Below the pieces are notes generated by a model that saw only the letters and a program-made list of their open reading frames with translations, did not search any database and was not told the origin of the DNA. A DNA stretch of 64,000 nucleotides from a virus (lineage: Duplodnaviria; Caudoviricetes): positions 1-64,000 of the IMG/VR virus record IMGVR_UViG_2897842695_000001. The stretch is one strand, 5' to 3'. Shown here piece after piece: positions 30,701-38,917 of this stretch. The position numbers and the translations under genes were made by a program. Position 1 is the first letter of the stretch; each line of letters opens with the position of its first letter.

Positions 30701-31438
30701 TTTGCTCAGTTCGTTAAGGTTGCGGAAAACGATCCGGATCGCCCTGCTCGCCTACGTGCGATCGCTGAATTGATGAAAAAGTACGTAGCTCAACATAAGT
30801 TCAGTGAGAAGTTGGAGGAACTATATTCCGGCGATAAACAGCAAGCGATGATTCATGCAATGGCTGACCAACAAGCCGCTGGCCTACGCAATGTAGAGTC
30901 TGGTGATGGCATGCTATACAAAACATCACGCTCTCTAGATGATGTGCTTTACACGTTTATTCGCGTGTTCAATAGCCGCGATAAACAAGAGTTTATTGAT
31001 AAGCACATTAACGCGGCCAAGCCAGAACCGGTCAAAGTCACTCTGACTGAAAAGCAGCAAGATAAGCTTTCTAACATCGATGCGATTAACGTTGAGAATG
31101 TAGATCAGCTGATCGAGTCGCTTTCTGGCCTTGGCATTGAGGCTAAAATGGTCACGGAAAACATGAGCTGGAAATCTAAAGCTGGTCGCCGTTGGTACAC
31201 TGGCTCGATTGCGGCGTATTCCATGATCGGTTTGATGGACCTTAACGGCAAAGATGGCGCATTGGCTGTCATGTTCAAAGGCGACAAAGAAACCAAGGCG
31301 CAATACGGTGCTAAGTTCGCTAATGATGCGAGCGAGGCATTCACTGGTAGCTGGTGGTTTATCTCTGCTACCTCTGATTTGTCGCTATTGGCTAAGTCAT
31401 TGGCAACAATTCATAACACCCTAACCAAAGCGGCATAA
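24704..31438 (+). CDS. darB: Antirestriction protein DarB (N6-MTase plus SNF2-like helicase)
   Basis: 2244 aa; EPSAGVG and GNPPY MTase motifs; GTGLGKT, VDEAH, TATP and QRNGRGAR helicase motifs. Confidence 0.9.
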   Translation: MDKDIILAIQQTETIDELVRQFEELLSIDISDTPKGKQRLKANQLAKDILAKYNGDYSNVSPEDKAALRDYTGFGGIGGSTNEYYTPKWIAEAAWDALRSYGFTGGSVLEPSAGVGVFSETKPKGTLSTSVEMDQTSAAINQILHPEDHVINSAFEAIASDPSIGGFDAIIGNPPYGVRDASAMNDGEYKDIQYADQYFVTRSIDKAKAGGLIALVLPTRICDGKSLEKWRVSLALKAEFLGAHRLPTGTFADTGVVTDLVIWRKHSEHGKELIDSVGRDTLISAGVLWDTWLKGKWFERDGKKFINGEQTTKGVGKFARKVVDRGNRSNNDIKAALTRRFDSRIDWSLLGENVELPESIKYADGDTMYRNGIQYEMIDGEWEVSENNAKQGNVDKSVYGVTDTANIGPVTYSTESMLSLSASQALKIYEDYQYLCHDEFKALMREVSKLPTGQQEHAYKGILLGKKVKTLSTMVAGSRSRSVKELAFSKAGHEDLQVEEYRTKLGGQILELNALLGGSHVSGKALNVLDESLISDWRSYQSAVTKNGKLSDLLKGELRVEFTNQYNSSKIGDVFHFCERELGHSTLTLDQIRVYYTAHITDSMTDDQLLDYLAGMDEVAVNPDGTVQAMHRACTGHVGRRVALLTEQLVNATSEPIKANVMRQLATIDEKRNKIAISDVRMKLTDKWIPKHIMLEFLHDQGYTEFVRGTYKKTKIPKLNATTGEVELTAKGDIRYVTQVEFTEDPNGKDFSGYRYRDGREMKSPDEAFERQIESYVNDGQVRGGNSNADKSLMRSRISQLDDEFSNWLAASDYSDELELRYNDTFNSWIKPEFDDSPLGLNGVSGAIEFLPYQNSTIRRHSADGNGIIAFGTGLGKTLTGLGLIQHNLDTKRASRVAVVVPKSVLENWFYESDLFFGEGNLGDKVFIGLEVAKDDKGRIIREPEIDEDGEPKLDKKNEPILRAKLKVDTNGKRIAQQLHDLTQSKARIVVMTKDVYNRIPMKPETIADNVLEMKEAGLVAGSHKLVKEAESHRDKEKNARFENKYSDDGTAKNNELPYFEDLLFDSVMVDEAHDFRNSYKGGSYRNNLAFLPSQAQADRAIDMQVKNNVIKARNGGNGVYFLTATPTVNSPVDMFNMLSHIVPADTFAQMGIFDSDDFIRMFGKTGEALVTKLSGEVENREALLGFQNLDALRNIVNRYMTMEDAKSVGADVHIPDLVAAQTVVQMNSEQEALYEELRQRADAISNPDKEENQEIIEQFPDDTVFGLIRKMDKISTDLDLYYDQVTYRFAKGKVKEVQAALDTLPATVTIQVEQVSDDGTVKMVNQKVKLEKEIVIEGNHAVVRLRQEFDDEFSAACEKAKLKYSHPVSPKYAKFLEKAKEIYLAGGKQLVFTEEKSQHKKLARIIADHTGCKLSEIGILNSDTVAGKKNASVSEDKEEAGLEALAKAYNTGKYKFMILNKKGEVGINLHRGTTDIHHLTLPWTPMSITQRNGRGARVGSKQKKVNVHYYTSKGSFDDFRLATIQRKASWVETMFKGNDKFLANADADSADETAIMLAANPEQAKARIEAAKREAERKRKQEELRQASISVSKYVNATSTLSFDVEEAQSELEQLNNGIDELRQEVEDAREKSEDKDRSSYEYREFVRIKNRLFERESKIRAIERVLANRKKASDTLKKLRPTIEKAISGGILKDYPDFLSNPELFMVKNGIIVRQGYTYKVAIKSRSWAEEYDIKAVMTITRLNRQDATVDGYLRERDGESYNGGYSDLPVSKIIELAPVNQERTEIETLALRGVPLNQVASTFDRETYFELVADKKIRAYGTESARLVLTADGQYKTPYGFDLKPDEQLIYPDPTDKAVFNGLMAQVVNDFEQYGKATMNTNILSFFLGRNWQEQAKEQGNKATEQDVAERIALEIKEFESKNPAGYTDALLRLSSHWQNSIPFCQEVETHIKELSWRGYVNRIIIDTWTRTQLSRYFSALKEKSEDYNAEQEDLVFAQFVKVAENDPDRPARLRAIAELMKKYVAQHKFSEKLEELYSGDKQQAMIHAMADQQAAGLRNVESGDGMLYKTSRSLDDVLYTFIRVFNSRDKQEFIDKHINAAKPEPVKVTLTEKQQDKLSNIDAINVENVDQLIESLSGLGIEAKMVTENMSWKSKAGRRWYTGSIAAYSMIGLMDLNGKDGALAVMFKGDKETKAQYGAKFANDASEAFTGSWWFISATSDLSLLAKSLATIHNTLTKAA

Positions 31439-31498
31439 TGCCCTAGCATGCTGGAGCTGGAATTGTCCGGCTCTGGCATTGTTTAACTGGAGATAAAA

Positions 31499-31933
31499 AT
31501 GATTACACAAGTAGTAAAGCCTACCGAGGACCAACTAGAGCCATTGCTAGAACAAGCTATCGAGGAAAGCGGCACGGTCCAAGCGTTCATTGAGAATAAC
31601 CTTGCTGGTGTATATGCAGTGCTAGAGAAACAGCCGCTTATGTACCGCAACTATGGTCCGTATTGGTGGCCGCTCAAGGTTGCGTTGACCGCCGCTGGCT
31701 TTGATCTTGGTATCGATAGCGAAGAACTGACCCGCAAGCATTTTGCCTATGACAAGGTTGAATATCTGTTGTGTGCAGCGTGGGCCTATCAGAACCACCA
31801 GATTGAACAAGGTTACATGCTGGCTAATCTGCATACCTTTTACACCGATGATGAGCCATTCGAATACTCTATCGAGGATCATGATCTTGAAGCGTATGCG
31901 GTCAACAAGAGTGTAAAGCCGTACAAAAATTAA
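31499..31933 (+). CDS. ulx: Ulx (DarB incorporation enhancer)
   Basis: LEKQPLMYRNYGPYWW resembles recalled P1 Ulx LLKNPRLYRSYGPYW; directly after darB. Confidence 0.8.
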   Translation: MITQVVKPTEDQLEPLLEQAIEESGTVQAFIENNLAGVYAVLEKQPLMYRNYGPYWWPLKVALTAAGFDLGIDSEELTRKHFAYDKVEYLLCAAWAYQNHQIEQGYMLANLHTFYTDDEPFEYSIEDHDLEAYAVNKSVKPYKN

Positions 31934-32048
31934 CCATTCGGAATAGATTCTGTTTCTTTCTCAATAAATCTAGTTGCACACTCAAATAGTTTTATATATA
32001 TTCCATTCCGAACAAGACATTTTAAAACTTTGAAAAAAGGACAATACA

Positions 32049-32276
32049 ATGAAAAATGTAGCAACTGCTCTTATCCTATGCGTAGTATCTTTTGGCTCTG
32101 TAGCTGGTGGTACATACGGCGGCAACATCCAACCTACTGCTGCTGATTACGCTCAAAGCTGGAACGGAAAGGCTGGTAAACAGGTACTTAACCGAGGCGT
32201 GCGCATTGAATGGTTCGCTGACGCATGCGGCACAAAAGACGGCCACCAGTTCGACGCTAGCAAGTGTTCAAAGTAA
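32049..32276 (+). CDS. Small secreted/periplasmic protein
   Basis: Sec-type signal peptide, two Cys in the mature part; own promoter TTGCAC-N17-TATATT, operator (32004-32015) and terminator. Confidence 0.7.
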   Translation: MKNVATALILCVVSFGSVAGGTYGGNIQPTAADYAQSWNGKAGKQVLNRGVRIEWFADACGTKDGHQFDASKCSK

Positions 32277-32295
32277 GTAAGAAAGATTCGACAAG

Positions 32296-32320
32296 AACCC
32301 GCCAATTTGGCGGGTTTTTT
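32296..32320 (+). terminator. Rho-independent terminator
   Basis: AACCCGCCAA-T-TTGGCGGGTTTTTT. Confidence 0.75.
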
Positions 32321-32443
32321 ATTGCTGTCGTAATTCCTATTTCGTGACATAAGAACAATAATTGTATTTTTTATTTGTTTTCGTTCTCGGAGTGACTTAT
32401 TATTCTCGAAACATCAAAATTTAGGCAACCGGAGTCCCCGTCC

Positions 32444-33697
32444 ATGAATGAAGTAGATCGCTTGATTGCTGTCGGCCAGCGCATGCAAAAAGAACAACTA
32501 AGCAAGAAAGAGTTGTTAGTAACGGAAAGAAAAGTAAAAGTAACTGATGATATCGTCGGTGAATTGCCTCGCCTGATTTACAACCACTGTCTGAACAAAA
32601 CAGCGGTACGTAAGCAAACGCCATTTGGTACAAATACATTCCAAGATCGCATCCAAGAGGCGATTGATAGCGGCGTTATTACTGAGCCTGTATTCCACAA
32701 CAAGCAACACCTATTTACTCGTCATGATATTGCGGCTCTTTGGGAGCATTGGGGTTTTGAGAAGTATCGCGATCACCATGTACCGCGTGCTATTGCGGTA
32801 GAAAACCAGAAAGGTGGCACGGGTAAGTCCACAAGCACAACGACACTTGCTACTGCTACAGCTTTGGACCTAAACACTAATGCTCGCGTTCTGGTTATGG
32901 AGCTTGACCCGCAAGGTACTAACGGCCAAGGCATGATTAACCAAACTATCGTTTCAGACGATGCCGTGTTCCTTACTCCAGTCGATCTAATTCTTGGCGA
33001 GTTCGAGAATGATAGCGAGTTCCAAGGCTTAATTAATGCTGGTTACACTGAGCATGAAATTATCCAAAACTCACCGTTTAATACTCACTTACCAAACCTT
33101 GATGTTATGCCAGCTTTCTCTACAGATGAGCGTTTCCTATCAATGTTCTGGCAAGCTGACCACGAAACGCAAATCAAGCTACTTACTCGACTAAGCAAGG
33201 TAATCATTCCGGCGCTTAAAGAGAAGTACGACCTGATTTTTATCGACACACCACCACAAGAATCACCGCTTGTTTGGGTTGTGAATGAGGCTCTTGATTG
33301 CTTGCTTATTCCGGTAACACCTCGCGAGTACGATTACGCTTCAACGGTTAACTATGCGATCACCACTGGCGCACGTTTCAAAAGCCTACCATCTAAGGGC
33401 GAAAACCTGATCTGGAGTCGCTTTATTGTTGTTAACCACGACGATAAAAGTAAGGCCGAACTGGATACCATTGGCAAGCTTACGCGCACTGCTCAAGACC
33501 GCTTGCTGTCGGCGCAAATCTTACACTCTGAGCTAGTTTCCTATGCTAGTAACTTGAACCGTACAGCGCTTGACGTTGCTAAGACTGAGCGAGCTTGTTC
33601 TAACGCTCGATACGATGAGGCAATTCTAGGTATCAACCAAACGTACAAGCAGATCATTCGTGAGATTAAAGCGATTTCAGTTAAGGGAGAGGAATAA
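32444..33697 (+). CDS. parA: Type Ia plasmid partition ATPase
   Basis: N-terminal extension, KGGTGKS, ELDPQG, FIDTPP. Confidence 0.92.
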   Translation: MNEVDRLIAVGQRMQKEQLSKKELLVTERKVKVTDDIVGELPRLIYNHCLNKTAVRKQTPFGTNTFQDRIQEAIDSGVITEPVFHNKQHLFTRHDIAALWEHWGFEKYRDHHVPRAIAVENQKGGTGKSTSTTTLATATALDLNTNARVLVMELDPQGTNGQGMINQTIVSDDAVFLTPVDLILGEFENDSEFQGLINAGYTEHEIIQNSPFNTHLPNLDVMPAFSTDERFLSMFWQADHETQIKLLTRLSKVIIPALKEKYDLIFIDTPPQESPLVWVVNEALDCLLIPVTPREYDYASTVNYAITTGARFKSLPSKGENLIWSRFIVVNHDDKSKAELDTIGKLTRTAQDRLLSAQILHSELVSYASNLNRTALDVAKTERACSNARYDEAILGINQTYKQIIREIKAISVKGEE

Positions 33698-33699
33698 TT

Positions 33700-34710
33700 A
33701 TGGGAAGTGGTTTCGGTAGCGTTGTTTCTAAGCATGACTTGTTAGGGAAACAAAACAAAGGACAGCAAACACAAGGTAATGGCCTTTCTCTTGGCGTTAA
33801 GCGTGAAAGTAAAGAATTTAAGCTTGAATCCGGAGTCGTTAATGCGATTCGTATGGTTATCAGTGCTGACGAGGTTGATACTAAAACTAAGTCTCACCCG
33901 CTAAACCCACGTAACCAAGAGGCGCTTAACGCCGTGTCTGTTGGTTCTACGCTTAATTCCGTTCGCGAGAATGGTATTGATACAGATTGTTTGGGTATTT
34001 GGTCTGACGATAAGAAAACAATTCTGGTTATCGAGGGAAGCGTGCGCCGATTCTGTGCGATAACAGCAAGCAAAGACTATCCTATTTGGGTTCTACCCGC
34101 GAATAGCGCATCTAACAAAGATATTCGTCGCTTGGTGGCCGATGCTGGCGACAAGAAGCCTCACTCATGGCGCGAACGCGGTAAGGCGTATTGGAGTGAA
34201 GCCGAGGAACTAGGCAAAGATCCATCAACACTGAAAGTTGATGAATTGGCGGCTTTACTTGGCGTTGGCCGTGAAACGATGCGTAAGTGCATTCAAGCAT
34301 TCAAGATTGATATTCGCTTGTTATCTCTCATTCCCGATTATGAGGGCGTGCCTACCTCGTTCTATGGAAAGCTGGCAAAAGTTGAAAAAGAGCTGGCCCG
34401 TAACTTCATGAACTTAGGTGAATTTTGCAAAAAAATAAGCAAGCAATTAGATAGCGCCTCATCAATGGATGTGGTGGCCGCTCAAGAGTATGTAATGGAA
34501 AAAATCTTAGCGGAGCTTACCAAAGAAATAGGCGGTTCTAATGGCGCGGGTTGGGAGACTATTGATGTAGTTAAGTTTGACTCCAAAGACAAGCACGTAA
34601 GAAAGAGCGTTAGCCCTAATGGCCGCACCGTTAAGTTTGAGTTGTCCCGCATCGATACTTCAATCATTGATGATATTGAGCAACTTCTAAAGGACCGCTT
34701 AGGGAAATAA
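33700..34710 (+). CDS. parB: Plasmid partition protein ParB (P1/SopB type)
   Basis: NPRNQ, IEGSVRR and HTH (ELAALLGVGRETMRK). Confidence 0.9.
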   Translation: MGSGFGSVVSKHDLLGKQNKGQQTQGNGLSLGVKRESKEFKLESGVVNAIRMVISADEVDTKTKSHPLNPRNQEALNAVSVGSTLNSVRENGIDTDCLGIWSDDKKTILVIEGSVRRFCAITASKDYPIWVLPANSASNKDIRRLVADAGDKKPHSWRERGKAYWSEAEELGKDPSTLKVDELAALLGVGRETMRKCIQAFKIDIRLLSLIPDYEGVPTSFYGKLAKVEKELARNFMNLGEFCKKISKQLDSASSMDVVAAQEYVMEKILAELTKEIGGSNGAGWETIDVVKFDSKDKHVRKSVSPNGRTVKFELSRIDTSIIDDIEQLLKDRLGK

Positions 34711-34733
34711 ACTGGATAGAACACCATATTACA

Positions 34734-34768
34734 AAAGCTCACAAGTGCATGTTCTTGTGAGCTTTTTT
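34734..34768 (+). terminator. Terminator after parB
   Basis: AAAGCTCACAAG-N8-CTTGTGAGCTTTTTT. Confidence 0.7.
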
Positions 34769-34779
34769 ATGGCTGGTGG

Positions 34780-35004
34780 AAAAACAAGGGGGTTGTTCGC
34801 CAGAGTAAAACCAAAAAACAAGGGGGTTGTTCGCCAGAGCAAAACCAAAAACAAGGGGGTTGTTCGCCAGAGCAAAACCAAAAAACAAGGGGGTTGTTCG
34901 CCAGAGCAAAACCAAAAACAAGGGGGTTGTTCGCCAGAGCAAAACCAAAAACAAGGGGGTTGTTCGCCAGAGCAAAACCGAAAAACAAGGGGGTTGTTCG
35001 CCAG
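34780..35004. repeat. Seven tandem 33-34 bp direct repeats, candidate parS centromere (or iterons)
   Basis: Unit (A)AAAAACAAGGGGGTTGTTCGCCAGAGCAAAACC with palindromic core AACAA-GGGGG-TTGTT; directly downstream of parB. Confidence 0.85.
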
Positions 35005-35016
35005 AAACAACGCCTG

Positions 35017-35373
35017 TCAAAGTGGATGGATTATTGGTTCTCTGTCTTTGGTCAGAATGTAGTAACCGCCGTTTCGATATACACCAACTAGATAGTGATC
35101 TACTGGTATCAGCTGCCAATCGACCAAACCATCTTTATCGTGCGTATAGCCGTTCAAGTTAACCAGCTTTACCCGTTTAACGTTGAGCAAGTACACGTTA
35201 TCCAACGTTCCTAAGTATGGCTTATAGGCCAATTCACCATCTTTTAGTAAAGCGGGGATATTGTTGCCAATTACGGAATAACCAAACAATAGCCCGTCCT
35301 CATTCAACGGTAGCGAGCCAGCATTCCAACGGTGACGGATTGTAAGCATGGGGAATATAAGATCTGATAACAA
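35017..35373 (-). CDS. Hypothetical protein
   Basis: ORF track; start may be ATG at 35349. Confidence 0.5.
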   Translation of the reverse strand: MLSDLIFPMLTIRHRWNAGSLPLNEDGLLFGYSVIGNNIPALLKDGELAYKPYLGTLDNVYLLNVKRVKLVNLNGYTHDKDGLVDWQLIPVDHYLVGVYRNGGYYILTKDREPIIHPL

Positions 35374-35411
35374 AACGCCAGATTACCATAGGCAAGCTGG
35401 CGTTTTGAATA

Positions 35412-37292
35412 CTAACGCTCTTGAGCTGGTTTGGTCATATCGCCAGTTCTTAGCCACCATTCAAAATCAAAGATACTCATAGCGACGATCGAGCCAAGGC
35501 CGTTCCAATCAGGCTCATAGTTTGCCATGTATGCCGCTTCGGCCTCGCCCTCGTTATCAAAACCAAGCATCACCTTATGTTCATCGAATGCGCCATCTTG
35601 ATCCGTTTGGTTAACAATGAATACTTTCTTGCACTGCTCATTAGGACCGAGGAACACATCAACCGGATCACCGTCAGCGCCGGTCGTGCCGCGAATATCG
35701 CCGTAATGGTTTTTAAGCTCAATGGACCATTTATTGCCGTCAGCATCCGTGCCGGTTCGCTGGCTTCCTTTTGGGTTCTCGATAGCGATTGCAAAGCCGT
35801 TGAATGTCACTCGGCCTTTAAGGTAATTTCCAGCTTTCTTTTGGGCCGCTGTTGGTTCTGGTAAGTCGTTAAGTGGTGATGTGGCCGCTTGGTTTGCTGC
35901 CTTGTCTATATTGGCTGACTCGAACATAAAGCCAGTTTGTACACCCTCATTTTCTAGTTCTTGGTTTACACGGCCAAGAATATCAATGAGCGTTGCGTTA
36001 CCACCACCGAACATATCGCCCATTGCTTGCCCTTGGTGAAGTAACTCACTATTGATTGCTTCGGCCATCGCTTTAAAGGCCATTGCCATGCGCTTAGAGC
36101 TTCGGTTGTTGGCCGCAATGAATCTTGCCAATGCTTCGGCTTCCGGATCGTTGTCACCGAACAGGCCGGATTGAGCAAGTAGCTCATCGATGTTTTGACC
36201 GGTATCTTTCGCTTGTCTCACTAATTCGGTTGCACGCACCAAAGCATCAAGCGCGTTCTGTGCCAAGCTAGGTTGAGATTTATTGATTTCTACCGCTTGA
36301 GCCAGCATATCAGACGTTTGTTTATGGATTTCGCCATCTAGATACTGCATTTCAACAAAAGCGCTAGCAGCGCCATTGAGCGCGTTTAAGATATTGCGGA
36401 TTTCCGGATCAGGTTCTTCGGCCACCAGCTTAACCAGCTTTTCGTTTTTGTATGCCTTGGCAAAAACAGCATTTTGCATGCGCTCGATTAACTGGCGCGT
36501 TGGGCGGCCATCTTCGGTTAGTAGGCCAGCTGTAGAGTTATCCCCAATTTCAGTTAAAAAGCTGTTCAAAAAGCTTTGGTTACTTTGGGCCAGTAGGTTT
36601 CCGCTTTCGCTTGGATTAAACAGCGCGATCATCTTATCGTCTATGCGTTCAGCATCGACCCAAGCGGTTTCTGCGGCACTCATTTGCTGCAAGTCCGATA
36701 GGTTAGAGTCACGGGCAAACTTGGCGCGGTCCACTTCGGTAACGCGTTCGCGAACCAGTACCGGTGCTTTCATTCGTTTAATCTGGTCGGCATCGAGATC
36801 ATAGCGCTTGGCATTGTCTGTCAGGAATTGACGGTAGTTGTCAGCCTTACCCTCTGCGTATGCTTTGATGATTGCCATTGAACGGCCATTGCCAGACTCG
36901 ACAACGTTATCAGGACCGACAATAGGCGCACCATGACTTGATAGGCCGCTATCAGTTAGCTGTTGTGGGCGTAGCTCTTTTGCCATCTTGGAGATCTGCA
37001 TTTGAGAGGCTACCCGCGTGCGATCGCGTGGCTGTAGGATTTGCGGGAACGCTGGATTGATTCGACCATCTTGTGTGTTTGACGGTATCAGATCGCTAGC
37101 TTCCACCAGCTTAAAGCCGGTTTCCACTTCGTCACCTTTTGCTGTTACTACGTAGCTAGTTCGCCCTAGTCGTTTTAACGTTGGTTCAGCTGGGGAATGG
37201 ATCGGCGTGCTTCCACTGGCGAGCAATTCGAATATGGCACAAAGCTCGTTAATATCGCGTGCGCCGGTAATTTCAGTTTGAACGTTCAGCAT
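35412..37292 (-). CDS. ddrB: DdrB-like protein: ddrB-ParB domain plus C-terminal inorganic-pyrophosphatase-like domain
   Basis: LQPRDR and VESGNGR (ddrB-ParB); IENPKGS, HYG, GADGDPVDVF and DEHKVMLGF (InPase domain of polyvalent proteins). Confidence 0.75.
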   Translation of the reverse strand: MLNVQTEITGARDINELCAIFELLASGSTPIHSPAEPTLKRLGRTSYVVTAKGDEVETGFKLVEASDLIPSNTQDGRINPAFPQILQPRDRTRVASQMQISKMAKELRPQQLTDSGLSSHGAPIVGPDNVVESGNGRSMAIIKAYAEGKADNYRQFLTDNAKRYDLDADQIKRMKAPVLVRERVTEVDRAKFARDSNLSDLQQMSAAETAWVDAERIDDKMIALFNPSESGNLLAQSNQSFLNSFLTEIGDNSTAGLLTEDGRPTRQLIERMQNAVFAKAYKNEKLVKLVAEEPDPEIRNILNALNGAASAFVEMQYLDGEIHKQTSDMLAQAVEINKSQPSLAQNALDALVRATELVRQAKDTGQNIDELLAQSGLFGDNDPEAEALARFIAANNRSSKRMAMAFKAMAEAINSELLHQGQAMGDMFGGGNATLIDILGRVNQELENEGVQTGFMFESANIDKAANQAATSPLNDLPEPTAAQKKAGNYLKGRVTFNGFAIAIENPKGSQRTGTDADGNKWSIELKNHYGDIRGTTGADGDPVDVFLGPNEQCKKVFIVNQTDQDGAFDEHKVMLGFDNEGEAEAAYMANYEPDWNGLGSIVAMSIFDFEWWLRTGDMTKPAQER

Positions 37293-37522
37293 TACTCAAT
37301 CACCTTTGCATTGAAGCCAAACAAATAGGCTTTGTAGATAAAATCACTTGGCGACTCTCTCTCATCAAAAGAAGAATGGCCGGACGAATTAGGCACATCC
37401 ATATAGGGAAATTTCATAGACACTTTGGAAAAGAAAACACTACTTCTCTCGTAAATATCGGTGCTTTCTTCAAAGTAAACTTTGCCTTGTTCCTTACCAT
37501 CCGTTAGCTCGATAACTATCAC
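37292..37522 (-). CDS. Hypothetical protein
   Basis: Coupled on both sides (ATGA and TAATG). Confidence 0.55.
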   Translation of the reverse strand: MIVIELTDGKEQGKVYFEESTDIYERSSVFFSKVSMKFPYMDVPNSSGHSSFDERESPSDFIYKAYLFGFNAKVIE

Positions 37523-38661
37523 TCTTTGTTCCCCATCACTTTGTTGTATTTGCGGCGGTTACTCTCAAGCTCATGCAGTTTTTCAATAACGGTAAGAATG
37601 AACTTGAAGTGCTCCGGATCGTTGACCACCATTCGACCGAGGCCATACACACTGTTTAAGCTCTCGATACCCATAGAAATAACCTCTGTTGCAACGGCAC
37701 TATCAATATCAAGTTTGTTCTGGCCGTGATTCACATAGAACTTGGTTACATACGGTGAAAATGCACCATCATCGATCGCCAGTTCGTCGTCGCTGTAACC
37801 GTTCTTGCGCTTCGGTAGCGGCCTGTCGTGAATGTCCTGATAAATGTCTGGTAGGCTTCGGATACCTTTTGATTCTTCCAAACGCTTTTTGAGAAACGCC
37901 TTAGTCATTTCTAAGATTTCGGGATAGTCGTACTCAATAGAGTGGGCCAGCTCATGCCAAAGCGTTGTTTGTGTCAGCTGCGCACCTACGTTGATAGTGC
38001 GGTAAGTATTGCTGTAGTTGGCTCTTGGTGATGTGTAATCGAGTTTCATGCTTTCGCCTTGATACGCGATCAGCTGGTAGAAACGGGCAAGGTCAAACTG
38101 GAGTCGGTCATAGCCGTCTTTTCGCTTGTAGTCACCGTCCTTTTGTCGAGATAGTCGGGCCTTGATGTTTGGCGAGGTTTCCAGCTGTGCGGCCATTGCT
38201 TTGGATTCTTCCTCGCTTACCGGCGAGCGATTACGCATAGCCCAAACGGCACGGATCACCTTAGCGCCAGCGGCTTTGTATTCTTCGTCAACGATATTCT
38301 TAAATTCGTCGTACACGTCCCAAGTGTGAGTATTGCGGTCTTGTTCTGAATCCCCGCGAACCAGACGATAAACATCATAGGGAGCGATCATAGTCGGTAG
38401 CTTTTCAAGTACCTCGCGCTTTTTCTTCTCACTCCATTTTTGGGCGTTGATGATGCGGTTAATCTTTTCATTACTGTTGATGCGGTCGGCAATCTTCTGT
38501 CTGCCGTCAGTTGGGATTGAGTAACCGAGATCGTCTAATATGTTCTGGCCGTGCTCGACCAATGAGCCATAGTCAAAGGTCGTAACGCGTTCGTATGCAG
38601 CGATCAGCTCATCAATACTTTGCGTTGGCCGTATTTCTTTTAGTGCAGATGTGAAACTCAA
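37519..38661 (-). CDS. Zincin-like metallopeptidase-domain protein
   Basis: HELAH motif plus downstream TEVISMGIE. Confidence 0.65.
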   Translation of the reverse strand: MSFTSALKEIRPTQSIDELIAAYERVTTFDYGSLVEHGQNILDDLGYSIPTDGRQKIADRINSNEKINRIINAQKWSEKKKREVLEKLPTMIAPYDVYRLVRGDSEQDRNTHTWDVYDEFKNIVDEEYKAAGAKVIRAVWAMRNRSPVSEEESKAMAAQLETSPNIKARLSRQKDGDYKRKDGYDRLQFDLARFYQLIAYQGESMKLDYTSPRANYSNTYRTINVGAQLTQTTLWHELAHSIEYDYPEILEMTKAFLKKRLEESKGIRSLPDIYQDIHDRPLPKRKNGYSDDELAIDDGAFSPYVTKFYVNHGQNKLDIDSAVATEVISMGIESLNSVYGLGRMVVNDPEHFKFILTVIEKLHELESNRRKYNKVMGNKE

Positions 38662-38917
38662 AAGTCGCTCCTTTGGACCAAAGAGCGGCGAGTTTTAGCA
38701 TGCCAGCAACTAGGCACTGACACGCTAAAAATAGGACGGGGATTATAGGGAGTTTAACAGTTTGGTTAGAGCTTGCGTGTACGTTCGACGCTCAGACTTA
38801 GGTATGTTTGAGTTAGTCGCTTGCTTGTAATAATAATCAGCTTTTTGTTTGTTCCAGCTGTCCATTGTTAATGCTCCATAGAGATAGCATGCCATCGAGA
38901 CATGCTACAGGTGAAAA

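Noticed and set aside
34780-35004. CRISPR array interpretation of the repeat array
   Set aside because: Units are head-to-tail with no unique spacers, and no cas genes are present.
34729-35162. Several ORF-track ORFs over the repeat array
   Set aside because: They are artefacts of stop-free tandem repeats open in all frames.
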